From: an uncultured Leptospiraceae bacterium
GTDB taxonomy: Bacteria > Spirochaetota > UBA4802 > UB4802
DNA: 64,000 nt
Direction: 5' to 3'
Assembly: GCA_964486725.1 (NCBI GenBank)
Contig: CAZAOK010000001.1
Location: forward strand, 49,213-113,212
Shown here: positions 31,323-40,603 of the stretch, piece by piece
How the letters are laid out: each line of letters begins with the position of its first letter
Position numbering within the stretch: the stretch's first letter is position 1
The notes under the pieces: generated by a model
Seen by the model: only the letters and a program-made list of their open reading frames with translations
Told to the model about the DNA's origin: nothing
Database searches by the model: none
Program-made: the position numbers and the translations under genes

Positions 31323-31385
31323 GTTTCGCGGGCGTGGCTCATGGTTTTGATGAGTAATAAGAGACTCAGGTGTGCTTCGCCTTCG
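31323..31385 (+). pseudogene. Decayed fragment homologous to the 3' end of the 26841-29756 gene
   Basis: Ungapped 49/63 nt identity to 29638-29700. It reads CFAGVAHGFDE-stop-stop-ETQVCFAF, against GFAGVAHGFDEYGETQVYFGV in the intact gene. Confidence 0.65.
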
Positions 31386-31417
31386 TGAAAATCTTTTAAC
31401 CACTAAAAAGAAAGAAT

Positions 31418-31571
31418 TGTAACTACTCAGTTGTCATGATTAAAAGATTTAATTACCGTGAAATGAATAAAAATATGATGGTTCCCCCCGCCGAAGGCGG
31501 GGGGAACCATGTCTAGATCTGTTCATTATATAGAAAATGATCTATATTCTGATAATAGCTGAGTAGTAACA
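31418..31571. mobile_element. MITE-like element, copy 2 (154 bp)
   Basis: TIRs tgtaactactcagtt (31418-31432) and agctgagtagtaaca (31557-31571). The hexamer aagaat flanks both ends (31412-31417 and 31572-31577). 15-bp hairpin at 31478-31510 with the same CCCCCCGCC-gaa-GGCGGGGGG core as copy 1. Confidence 0.7.
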
Positions 31572-31674
31572 AAGAATTAAAAAATTCCCGGAACAAAATA
31601 GTGTTTGTCCTGTCCAATAAGCAGGAATATATTAAAGGCATTCAAAAACCTTCACACATATACCGGGGGCGGAT

Positions 31675-33495
31675 ATGAAACGGGCGTTATTATGTGCAGT
31701 GATGTTTCTTGCCGTTTTCAGCTTTATGCAGAACCATAATGGGCATACCCAGTCAAAATATACCATCGCGGTACTGGATTTTAAGGACGTTACCGGCGAT
31801 TCTGCGCTTACCTACCTGAGCGTGGCGGTACCCGAGCTGATCGCCACCAACCTTGCCCAGAGCGGCAAAATGGTGGTGCTTGAGCGTGAGCGGGTGAAAA
31901 AGATACTGGAAGAGAGGGGACTTGCCGCCGCGGGGGTGACCGAGGGGGACGCCAACGAAATAGGGAAACTGCTTGCGGCAAAGCAGCTTCTCACAGGTTC
32001 AGTTGTCAGGGCAGGCGATAATATACGAATAGATGTACGGTTAACTGATGTCAGTACCGGAAAGATCATGTCAGCCGACAAGCAGCGAAGCCCTGATGTT
32101 GACGGTGTCATTGACGCGGTGGATATTATTTCCGGAAGGATGGTGAAATCATTGACCGGAAGTTACGTTGATTTTTCCGGTGACGTGGAACCTGTCAGGC
32201 CCGTAACGGATAGCGGGGTGGTAACGCTGGAGCTGCAGACGCAGAACAGGTATATCAGCAAAAACAACAGTGGAAATTTTTACGTGCGGACAGGTTTTCT
32301 CGCGGGGAAAGCTGAACGTCCTGAAAAAAGACTGCCGCTGAATATATCGGTGGTGCTTGATCGAAGCGGCTCCATGTCGGACAGCGGGAAACTGGATTAC
32401 GCCAGGAACGCCCTGAAGTTTCTTGTGCGCAACCTGGAATCCACTGATATGCTGTCCATCGTAACCTATGATGACGTTGTTGACGTGGCACTTGAGCCGG
32501 AAGTTGTGTCAGATAAGAATAAAATATACAAAATTATTGATGCCATAGAGCCGGGAGGTGGAACCAACCTGAGCGGCGGTATGTTGGAAGGCTGCAACCA
32601 GGTAAAGAAAAAATTCAAAAGCGGCCAGGTGAACAGGGTCTTGCTTATATCCGACGGGCTGGCCAACGTGGGAGTAACTGATCCCCGCCAGATACAGAAG
32701 CTTGCCAGGCAGAGATCCGCTGAGGGAATTACCATATCAACATTCGGCGTTGGGCAATACTTCAACGAGAAGTTGATGACCGGTATCGCCGAATATGGCA
32801 GCGCTTTTTATTACTATATTGACAGGGCGGATAAGATTCCCGAAATATTTTCCAATGAACTGGAGGGGCTTTTAACAGTGGTGGCACAGAATTGCAGCAT
32901 TGAGATACGCCCAGAACATGGTACACGGGTTGAAGAGGTATACGGTTACGCGGCAAGTGATGCAGCTGATGGAGTTGTTATTAAAATGGGAGATATGATC
33001 TCAGAAGAAAAAAAACTAGCCCTGCTTGCGCTTGTACCTTCCAGGCAGTCAATCAGCAGGGGTGTACTTGCGACGGTGGTATATACCTATGATGAAACGG
33101 TAAAGGGTGAAGGCAGGATAAGCTCAAGTAAAAAGGTGACAGTTACACCTACATCTGACAATAAACTGGTGACCCTGAATATCAATCCACTGGTAATGAA
33201 GGACGTCAAGATGTTCGTCTCCTCTTCAATGATGGAAGAAACAATGGACCTGGTTGATAAGGGCCGGGTTGACGACGCAAAGGCGAAAATCCGGGAAAAC
33301 CTGGACGTGGTTCGTGATGGACTTTCACGGTATACCTCACGTGAGATGAAGCAACAGGTGATGAATATTGTAGAATACCAGTCACGGCTGGAAAAGGCTT
33401 CAGAGGAACATGAACTGAACGCGGCCTCGGAGTCTTACCAGATGATGCAGAAGGATTCACGAAGTAAGCAGTATAACCTGCGTAAGAGGAAATAA
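31675..33495 (+). CDS. von Willebrand factor type A domain protein with CsgG/LpoB-like N-terminal module
   Basis: Signal peptide. N-terminal YTIAVLDFKDVTGDS...LLTGSVVRAGDNIRIDVRLTDVSTGKI. vWA MIDAS VVLDRSGSMSDSG and GGTNLSGGM. Confidence 0.8.
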   Translation: MKRALLCAVMFLAVFSFMQNHNGHTQSKYTIAVLDFKDVTGDSALTYLSVAVPELIATNLAQSGKMVVLERERVKKILEERGLAAAGVTEGDANEIGKLLAAKQLLTGSVVRAGDNIRIDVRLTDVSTGKIMSADKQRSPDVDGVIDAVDIISGRMVKSLTGSYVDFSGDVEPVRPVTDSGVVTLELQTQNRYISKNNSGNFYVRTGFLAGKAERPEKRLPLNISVVLDRSGSMSDSGKLDYARNALKFLVRNLESTDMLSIVTYDDVVDVALEPEVVSDKNKIYKIIDAIEPGGGTNLSGGMLEGCNQVKKKFKSGQVNRVLLISDGLANVGVTDPRQIQKLARQRSAEGITISTFGVGQYFNEKLMTGIAEYGSAFYYYIDRADKIPEIFSNELEGLLTVVAQNCSIEIRPEHGTRVEEVYGYAASDAADGVVIKMGDMISEEKKLALLALVPSRQSISRGVLATVVYTYDETVKGEGRISSSKKVTVTPTSDNKLVTLNINPLVMKDVKMFVSSSMMEETMDLVDKGRVDDAKAKIRENLDVVRDGLSRYTSREMKQQVMNIVEYQSRLEKASEEHELNAASESYQMMQKDSRSKQYNLRKRK

Positions 33496-33537
33496 AAAGG
33501 GCAGGGACAAAAAAAAGAAAAAAATGACGAATTAATC

Positions 33538-33566
33538 TTGACCGAGTAGAGGTCAGCCATTATGTT
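33538..33566 (+). promoter_or_regulatory. Sigma70-type promoter candidate
   Basis: TTGACC (33538-33543), a 17-nt spacer, then TATGTT (33561-33566). Confidence 0.3.
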
Positions 33567-33585
33567 ATCCCAATAAAGACTGAGC

Positions 33586-33614
33586 AGACGGTATGAAAAT
33601 TACCGTCTTATTTT
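33586..33614 (+). terminator. Intrinsic-terminator-like hairpin
   Basis: 8-bp stem agacggta / taccgtct with a 7-nt loop and tail tatttt. It lies 90 nt after the vWA stop and 80 nt before the giant ORF. Confidence 0.4.
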
Positions 33615-33693
33615 CCAAGGGTTTAAAGTCTGGCTGGACGGTATTATATTATGGCCAGGTGGCTCTATACTTTAATCATCAGGGGAGCTCTGT

Positions 33694-36600
33694 ATGATAC
33701 GTGTGAAGGAACTACGTGTAATTATTCTTGCCTGTATATTGTTTTTTGCTGGTTGTTCAAATGATAATGAGTATGCATTCCAGCAAAATGATCCCGATCC
33801 CTCGGTGCGGCTCTTTGAGGTGCTGGATGAAACCCCTGCGTTGAAATCATTGTTCACCGGTCTTGATCAGCATGAATTTAATGTGAAACTTTCCCGCCTG
33901 ATGAATGAAGACCCTCGACTCTTTGCAGAATTAATGCGCCGAATGGCGGAAATGTTTTACGGATACAATGCCCCTTTCCCGCAGGCTGTATCTGACATGT
34001 CTGACAGTTTCAGCGTGTTCCATGATGTGTACTGTGTTCAGCCGGATGCACTTGATCGCACAGTGGAAATGGTGAAAAACATACTGAGTGTTGATTCAAA
34101 TGTAATGATGGAGGGTGCTGATTCCATAAATGACATCCTGATAGCCCTGAGAAACCTCGAACAGGATGAACATGGTGTATTCTACAGTCCCCACCCGTGG
34201 AATCTTTTTGGTGTGAACCAGGAACTGGCTGATATCGGCTACGATGGTGTGGATAACCTCATAGAGAACATCGGTGTGGTACATGACATGTATAATGGGG
34301 CCGCGAACCTGAGCGAACCCGATGTTCTTCTCAGGGAATTTGTTGATTCCCTGCTTCAGGGTGATGTTGACATAGAAACCAGGGTTGCTGATATGATTGA
34401 CAGCCTTAAAAACACTGATGACGTGTCGCTAACCGAACGCGAGGTGGCTGACTGGATGGTGGCTAATCCAATGAAGTCATCGATTACTCAATACATGATG
34501 TCTGACCTGTACCCCATGCTCAAAGATCCTGATCTTGTGAACGTGAATGGTGAATCCAACGTTATTATTCGGGGTAAACAGCTTCTTGATGAAGAAGCCA
34601 GGATTCTGTCAGCCACCCCCAACAGTCTTTCAGGCGGAATAGCGGGAAACAACATCCTGATGACGAAATGGCTTATGCAGGGGATCTATAATGACATGCG
34701 GAAATATGACAATCTTGAACAGGTGGAAATATTCGATGTTGAGAATAATGACATGCTCAAATGGGCAGACACCATGGTTCACAATTTTAATGCCGGTTTA
34801 AAGCTTTCCGGCAGCAGCGATGGTATTTCCAAGAACAGGGTAAAAGATATATTATGGGACGGGTGGATCTTCGATCCTTATGGTAATGGCAGCCGAACCT
34901 TCAACTTTAAAGGTGTACTCTTCATCAATAATAATGATCCTGCTGTACCTGATCAGGCTGATGGGTATGTGGCAAAGATGGCCAAAACACGGAGCCTTGA
35001 CAGTACTCAGAAAACTTTCAGGTTGCAGATCAATGATATACTAAACGGTGACAATGACGGTGATTTTTTTGATGATAATAATGATGTTTTCAAGCTAATC
35101 AATTATTCCTATACAGGTGAAAGTCAGATAGAATCCATCATGACGAACCTTCAGCTGTATCTTCTCTCGTATTATTATTCTCCCGTTTACCGGAAATGGG
35201 CATGGACTCCTGAAGATGGAGATGAATTTTTTGGGGACAACCGGAGAAATATTAAAGACCTGTATGGAGGACTGTCTTCATCCCTCAGAAATCTGGTAGT
35301 GCTGGATAAAAATGGTATGAGCCCTGCCGAGGGAGGGCGTAATATGACCCTGGCTGCGGAACTTGTGTACGTGCTTGCCGCGGGATACGGGATAACCGAC
35401 CCTGTTAACGCTCCAGGGGAACTGAGCCTTGAAAACTGCCTGCGTTCAATGGGATCCCCCCTGGCAACAAGTGACTCGATTAGTGTTGATACGGGGCTTT
35501 TTACCATACACATGAACGTTCTGGGCAACAACAGGATATATAGAAAGCCATCTAACCAGGCGGGCTATGTGTCATTCACCACCCAGAGTGCAATGCCGGC
35601 AATGGAGATTTTACAGCCAGGGATGTTTCGATACAGAACTGGTGGCAGGGGCAGTGAAAATGTTGGAGGGTGGCAGGGAAAATTTTCACCTTCACAGGGG
35701 GATATCAGGGGTATTGTGAACGATAATGGACATATCGTTACCAGTAACTGGACCCTTACCGAGATTGCCCTTTCTTGCTGGGAGGGCTATGGTCCATTTA
35801 CCTTCAAGGGACGTGCTCCCAACGGTTCAGATTGCAAATACAGAAACCACTGGACCTCAGACTGGTATTACATAAGTGGAAGATATAAGGGTAACAAGGG
35901 CCCGGGGTTTGCCCGACATGGTTTTACAGAAGGGCGGTATAGAATATATGAATCCATCATGCAGCCTGAACCAGGGCAGGCCGGGTTTGTGAATTCCGGT
36001 TATTATGATTCAACGGGAAACCCCATGCCCAGGTATGGATACATGCGGGAAAACGCTGAAGACGGGAGTTACGTGGATGTAGAAACCTCCGTAGATAACA
36101 GGCTGCTTCTGGACTGTAAAAGCAGGGAAGAGGCTATCCGCAAAAATTTCCAATGGCTGATGAACCAGAAAAAGTATCAATTTTTGATACCTATTCAGAG
36201 TGATTACAATATGCTGTGGGGTAGTGTGAAAATAGAGATTTACGCTTTCACCACAATAAACGCAAACGGGATAGTGGGTGTCACAAAAGCCAGGCGATAT
36301 AATTCAAATCTCCAGAATAATGCCCGGTGGGGTGAAAGCGGAATACAGAGCAATTATTATCAGCATTACGAGGGAGAGAGCAACTATTTTGTAAATACCA
36401 TAAACGAAGGGAAAAATACATGCAGGTTTTCCGGTGTTTCATTTGATGACTCAGATTACATGATGGCCCTCGATTATAAATACTATATAGACGGCTGGTT
36501 GAGCGGTATCGCCAAGGCAATGGTGGATATGACTGATGAAATATGGGGCTGTCTTGGTGATAATCCAGTATTACCTCCCTCGGTTGGTGAAAATTTTAAT

Positions 36601-39321
36601 GCGGTCGCAAGCCTGGGTGATGTAGTGTATGACGCGAAAGATATAATGTATAATACAGGTGACGCGAATATGCATGATGTTGGTAAGTTTAAGAAATATT
36701 ATGATACCTGTTATGCTGATGCTGCACTTTTTGATTCTTCCGGAAACCTGGTTGTTCGCGAAGATGAACTTCCACCGGTTCCATGGGTAAAAGGAGTACA
36801 TTATCCTGTCCAATTTGATAATAATGGATTTGCCACGGGTTGGGAGGAACACACGGGAGATAGTAAGGGAAAATTTGAAGATATGCTTGGTATCCTTGCA
36901 TGCGCGGTAGGAACTATTCACGAAGATGGAACCGTGTATGCTGACATTCATGGCAACAGCGTGGCAAGCTATGATGAAATCAACAGGGGTGATATTGGAT
37001 ATTTTGAAAAAGACGGGTATCGTGCCAATATTGACAACCTGATTCTAATGGTTGCCGCCCTCAACGAACACAAGAAAGATCCGAATTCCAATCAACCCGT
37101 GTATAATACAGGGGCCTGGATAAACAAACTTGTTGATCACGACCCTGTGGCAGACCAGACCACACCGGGGTCCAGGGCCGGGGTGTTGCCTTCGGCACTG
37201 TCAAGCAAATATATGAATTTTAATCACATGGATCCTGTGAAGGATGGGTTGGAAGATGTAATCAGGCATACATTCAGGATGTACCTGAATAATTTTATGC
37301 TCACCCAGGGATACGATGGAGATCATGGTTCCCAATCACCCTCCCAGTGGCAAAATCTTCCGGCATATTACCTGCATGACAGTGACGGGAACAGGGTTGA
37401 TTACGATGATGATGGATATTTCGATCTCAATCCCGATATCAACTGGAATATACCCATAAATCGCTTGCGGTATTTCGCGGACGATAGATCCCTTGACCAG
37501 TTGCGCAGGACACTTGACCTTGTAAAGGATTGTTCACAGGATGAACGATTTGTCACATTCCTGGAAAGAACAATCATCAATATGGATAAGTACCTGATCG
37601 TAAAATATCTTGATCAGCATCCTGACGTAACCACACCCGCGGATGCACTTATGGATGGGGTGTTCCAGGTATTCGTTCCAAGAGATGAATGGGGTAATCC
37701 CATTCAACCGGATGCCCTTAGTGATCCGGACCTTGTGCAATACAACCAGTTGAAGATGGCAAAGATTTCAACCAGTATGGATGACATTATAGAGTTTCTT
37801 AAAGAGCTGAAATATGATGAACTATTTGATTTCATCCAGGAATTCAGGCTTAATGATATTGAGAAGTGGTATAATTTTAGTTTCGATGACTGGGGAGATA
37901 CTCTCTCACCGGCACTGCTTCAGCAGCATGGGGATGAGATGAATGCCAGGTTACTAAAATACTTTGGTATGAACCTGAAAGAAGGCCTGGTAAATGGTAT
38001 ATATATTCTTGATGATCCTGGCTGCCTGCCAGATTACCTGTCCCAGCATTTCGTTTCAGGAGAAAAAATATGGGGGTTGGGAAAATACCAGAAAATAACA
38101 GAAGACGAGATGTACCTTTACGATAACAACGATATAATTGAAGACATCAATGGAGATTCAACCAGTTACTATGTGTATATCGATCTTCAACAGTATATCA
38201 CCGATTTCCCAACATGTTTTACAAGAAAGTTTGAGGGAATTACAGCCTTCTTCGATTTCAAGAAGAACATGGACAACACAGAGGAATTTGAAGAGTATTG
38301 TATGGATTACCGGGATAAGTGGTACAGGGGTGGCAAGGTAGAATGCCCGAATATTTACAGTGGTCATAATTATGATCTCAGGATGGACTGGGCCATGGAT
38401 AACTATAACCAGTTCTTCTTCAACCTGACTGCATCTGACTTTTCTGTAAACCAGCCCCTCACCGCGGAGGGTAATCCATCCACCATGCTTGACTGGCTTT
38501 TCGGGTGGGATGGCAGCAGTGATGCGGGCATAGATCTCAAAAAAGAACTCAACGTGGTTAAAAACGACATAATAAAAGGGGTGTATGATACAGAAGTTAC
38601 CGTGATTGATCCCGATAACCCATATGGTGACAGGATCACCGACAGCCTGCGAAATGTTATCAGGACATACAGGGAATCGGTGAATGAGAACGTGTTTGAG
38701 TACCAGTATGGAAAAGATTCAAACGGGAACCCCCTCTTCGAAGAGTATTTCATGGATGATGCGGCTGATTTGAACGATGGTCACCGGCATATGATGAACA
38801 ATATAGCTGATATCGTGGCAGCACTATTAAATCCAGACAGTAACTATTACAAAACGGGCCGCCTGTTTGCCGCCTGGCAGAATTTCGTTGAAGCGGCGGA
38901 TATACCACCGGAAGACCTGCTTGCGGTACGCGACCTTGTTGGCAACCTGTTATATGACAAATCAACAGCCACTTATACCGACTTGTTCACAAAGCTTTCC
39001 CGTCACATGCCGTCGGTACTTGAAGGTTATCAGGGCAGGTATGATGAAATTCTGGAGCTTGCCGTTACCGCCATGCAGCCTGATGGTATCGGCACCTATA
39101 TGCTGACCACGATGGAAGTAGATAGTGCCTATGATTCCTGGCAGATGGTGGACGAATATAATTATCTTCTCCATCTTGACATCTTCCAGAACTATGAATC
39201 AGATGAAACATTCTGGTGGCAGATGGGTAACCTTATGCAGGATTTTGCCATTCTAATGGACGAATCAAACGGAAACGAAGAATATGAATTATACGGTAGT
39301 GTGAAAGAAATATTTGAATAG
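33694..39321 (+). CDS. Giant hypothetical lipoprotein, 1875 aa
   Basis: GGGGAG lies 6 nt before the ATG. Lipobox ILFFAGC. The 5.6-kb ORF is uninterrupted and rich in D/N/Y/W/G, with acidic DxDxDG-like patches (NGDNDGDFFDDNND, DYDDDGYFDLNPD). I recognise no domain. Confidence 0.8.
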   Translation: MIRVKELRVIILACILFFAGCSNDNEYAFQQNDPDPSVRLFEVLDETPALKSLFTGLDQHEFNVKLSRLMNEDPRLFAELMRRMAEMFYGYNAPFPQAVSDMSDSFSVFHDVYCVQPDALDRTVEMVKNILSVDSNVMMEGADSINDILIALRNLEQDEHGVFYSPHPWNLFGVNQELADIGYDGVDNLIENIGVVHDMYNGAANLSEPDVLLREFVDSLLQGDVDIETRVADMIDSLKNTDDVSLTEREVADWMVANPMKSSITQYMMSDLYPMLKDPDLVNVNGESNVIIRGKQLLDEEARILSATPNSLSGGIAGNNILMTKWLMQGIYNDMRKYDNLEQVEIFDVENNDMLKWADTMVHNFNAGLKLSGSSDGISKNRVKDILWDGWIFDPYGNGSRTFNFKGVLFINNNDPAVPDQADGYVAKMAKTRSLDSTQKTFRLQINDILNGDNDGDFFDDNNDVFKLINYSYTGESQIESIMTNLQLYLLSYYYSPVYRKWAWTPEDGDEFFGDNRRNIKDLYGGLSSSLRNLVVLDKNGMSPAEGGRNMTLAAELVYVLAAGYGITDPVNAPGELSLENCLRSMGSPLATSDSISVDTGLFTIHMNVLGNNRIYRKPSNQAGYVSFTTQSAMPAMEILQPGMFRYRTGGRGSENVGGWQGKFSPSQGDIRGIVNDNGHIVTSNWTLTEIALSCWEGYGPFTFKGRAPNGSDCKYRNHWTSDWYYISGRYKGNKGPGFARHGFTEGRYRIYESIMQPEPGQAGFVNSGYYDSTGNPMPRYGYMRENAEDGSYVDVETSVDNRLLLDCKSREEAIRKNFQWLMNQKKYQFLIPIQSDYNMLWGSVKIEIYAFTTINANGIVGVTKARRYNSNLQNNARWGESGIQSNYYQHYEGESNYFVNTINEGKNTCRFSGVSFDDSDYMMALDYKYYIDGWLSGIAKAMVDMTDEIWGCLGDNPVLPPSVGENFNAVASLGDVVYDAKDIMYNTGDANMHDVGKFKKYYDTCYADAALFDSSGNLVVREDELPPVPWVKGVHYPVQFDNNGFATGWEEHTGDSKGKFEDMLGILACAVGTIHEDGTVYADIHGNSVASYDEINRGDIGYFEKDGYRANIDNLILMVAALNEHKKDPNSNQPVYNTGAWINKLVDHDPVADQTTPGSRAGVLPSALSSKYMNFNHMDPVKDGLEDVIRHTFRMYLNNFMLTQGYDGDHGSQSPSQWQNLPAYYLHDSDGNRVDYDDDGYFDLNPDINWNIPINRLRYFADDRSLDQLRRTLDLVKDCSQDERFVTFLERTIINMDKYLIVKYLDQHPDVTTPADALMDGVFQVFVPRDEWGNPIQPDALSDPDLVQYNQLKMAKISTSMDDIIEFLKELKYDELFDFIQEFRLNDIEKWYNFSFDDWGDTLSPALLQQHGDEMNARLLKYFGMNLKEGLVNGIYILDDPGCLPDYLSQHFVSGEKIWGLGKYQKITEDEMYLYDNNDIIEDINGDSTSYYVYIDLQQYITDFPTCFTRKFEGITAFFDFKKNMDNTEEFEEYCMDYRDKWYRGGKVECPNIYSGHNYDLRMDWAMDNYNQFFFNLTASDFSVNQPLTAEGNPSTMLDWLFGWDGSSDAGIDLKKELNVVKNDIIKGVYDTEVTVIDPDNPYGDRITDSLRNVIRTYRESVNENVFEYQYGKDSNGNPLFEEYFMDDAADLNDGHRHMMNNIADIVAALLNPDSNYYKTGRLFAAWQNFVEAADIPPEDLLAVRDLVGNLLYDKSTATYTDLFTKLSRHMPSVLEGYQGRYDEILELAVTAMQPDGIGTYMLTTMEVDSAYDSWQMVDEYNYLLHLDIFQNYESDETFWWQMGNLMQDFAILMDESNGNEEYELYGSVKEIFE

Positions 39322-39343
39322 TCTTTACCACAGTCATTTTTTG

Positions 39344-39371
39344 TTGCAAGTGTATCCTGCTTCGGTATAGT
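39344..39371 (+). promoter_or_regulatory. Sigma70-type promoter candidate for the DUF115-flbD-motAB operon
   Basis: TTGCAA (39344-39349), a 16-nt spacer, then TATAGT (39366-39371), 20 nt upstream of ATG 39391. Confidence 0.45.
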
Positions 39372-39390
39372 GTACCAGCTGAGAATTAAA

Positions 39391-40311
39391 ATGCTGGAGA
39401 TGGTGTTGGTTAACGCTGGAACATTATACGATAATATTAACAGCGCCCTTGTCGGTGAGCGGCTGGGCGCCATACAGAGAAATATCACCCGTAATCTTCC
39501 CTCTATCCGAAAGTGGGGAGGACTTGGGCCGGTAGTGCAACGCTTTTCCGGGAAACATGTTATAGTATGCGGCGCGGGTCCTTCCCTTGAAAACAGCATG
39601 AATGAGTTGAAAAAGTATTATCAGCGGAAAGAACTGGTGATACTTGCCGTGGATATGGCCTTAAAGCCATTATTGAAAGCGGGAATAACCCCATCCTTTG
39701 TAATATCCTGTGAATCTACGCCGGTTCCCTTCTTTTACGGTGTTTCCACCGAAAGGATGCATCTTTTGGCATTCAGCGGTATGTCAAATATTAATGTCCG
39801 CCAGTGGAAAGGGCGTATGAGTTTTTACAACTGGCTGCTGCGCAGGGAGCCCTTCAATGAATTGTGGAAACAGGCAGGTGAAGAGCTTGGATACGTTGCT
39901 ACCGCAAGTATTGTAACCACCCAGGCGGTGTCCCTGGTGCTTGGATGTAATATACGATCATTGATTCTTGCGGGTAATGATCTGGCATTCGATACACGGT
40001 ACTATACGGCTGGAAGTATGGCGATGGAGCAGGCAGCTTTGCGTCAGTGCCGCACAATCCCGGCTGAAACAGACGAGTATATGCGCATACTTCGCAAACG
40101 TCATTATAGGATTAACAGGCGCGATATGCAATGGTATACCGATCATCAGTTTTTGGCAGCAAAGGAATGGCTGGACGAATTGTTCCGTAAAGTTAATGTG
40201 CCGGTATATGATTGCAGTTTGCCCGGCTGCAGTGAAAAATATGTTCATAAGACAACAATAAAGGAAATAATCAGGGAATTACTTCCTTCAAGAAAAAAAA
40301 GGAGAACATAA
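39391..40311 (+). CDS. DUF115 / MptE-like (motility accessory factor-like) protein
   Basis: VIVCGAGPSLENSMNELKKY...LAVDMALKPLLKAGITPSFVISCES fits the Maf/DUF115 core. GTG 39370 lies inside the predicted -10, so ATG 39391 is preferred. Confidence 0.7.
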   Translation: MLEMVLVNAGTLYDNINSALVGERLGAIQRNITRNLPSIRKWGGLGPVVQRFSGKHVIVCGAGPSLENSMNELKKYYQRKELVILAVDMALKPLLKAGITPSFVISCESTPVPFFYGVSTERMHLLAFSGMSNINVRQWKGRMSFYNWLLRREPFNELWKQAGEELGYVATASIVTTQAVSLVLGCNIRSLILAGNDLAFDTRYYTAGSMAMEQAALRQCRTIPAETDEYMRILRKRHYRINRRDMQWYTDHQFLAAKEWLDELFRKVNVPVYDCSLPGCSEKYVHKTTIKEIIRELLPSRKKRRT

Positions 40312-40312
40312 T

Positions 40313-40498
40313 ATGATAGTATTGCACAAGATAAATGGTGACGAGTTCGTAATGAACTCAAATCATATTGAGGTTATCGAAAAAAAACCCGACACAACTA
40401 TTACCCTGACCAATGATCGTAAATATATCGTGAAAGAAACCATTGATGAAGTACTTGAAAAGGTAAGGAAATATCACCGGCTGCTGCTTACCCCGTAA
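40313..40498 (+). CDS. flbD: Flagellar protein FlbD
   Basis: 61 aa, MIVLHKINGDEFVMNSNHIEVIEKKPDTTITLTNDRKYIVKETIDEV, immediately upstream of motA. Confidence 0.85.
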   Translation: MIVLHKINGDEFVMNSNHIEVIEKKPDTTITLTNDRKYIVKETIDEVLEKVRKYHRLLLTP

Positions 40499-40603
40499 GC
40501 TGTTTCATGGTGGTATTAATTACTGAATTATTTTATAATAATTACCGAAACACTACTATAGGATACTGTATATGAGAATATTCAACCGCTTGGAGTCATA
40601 TAT

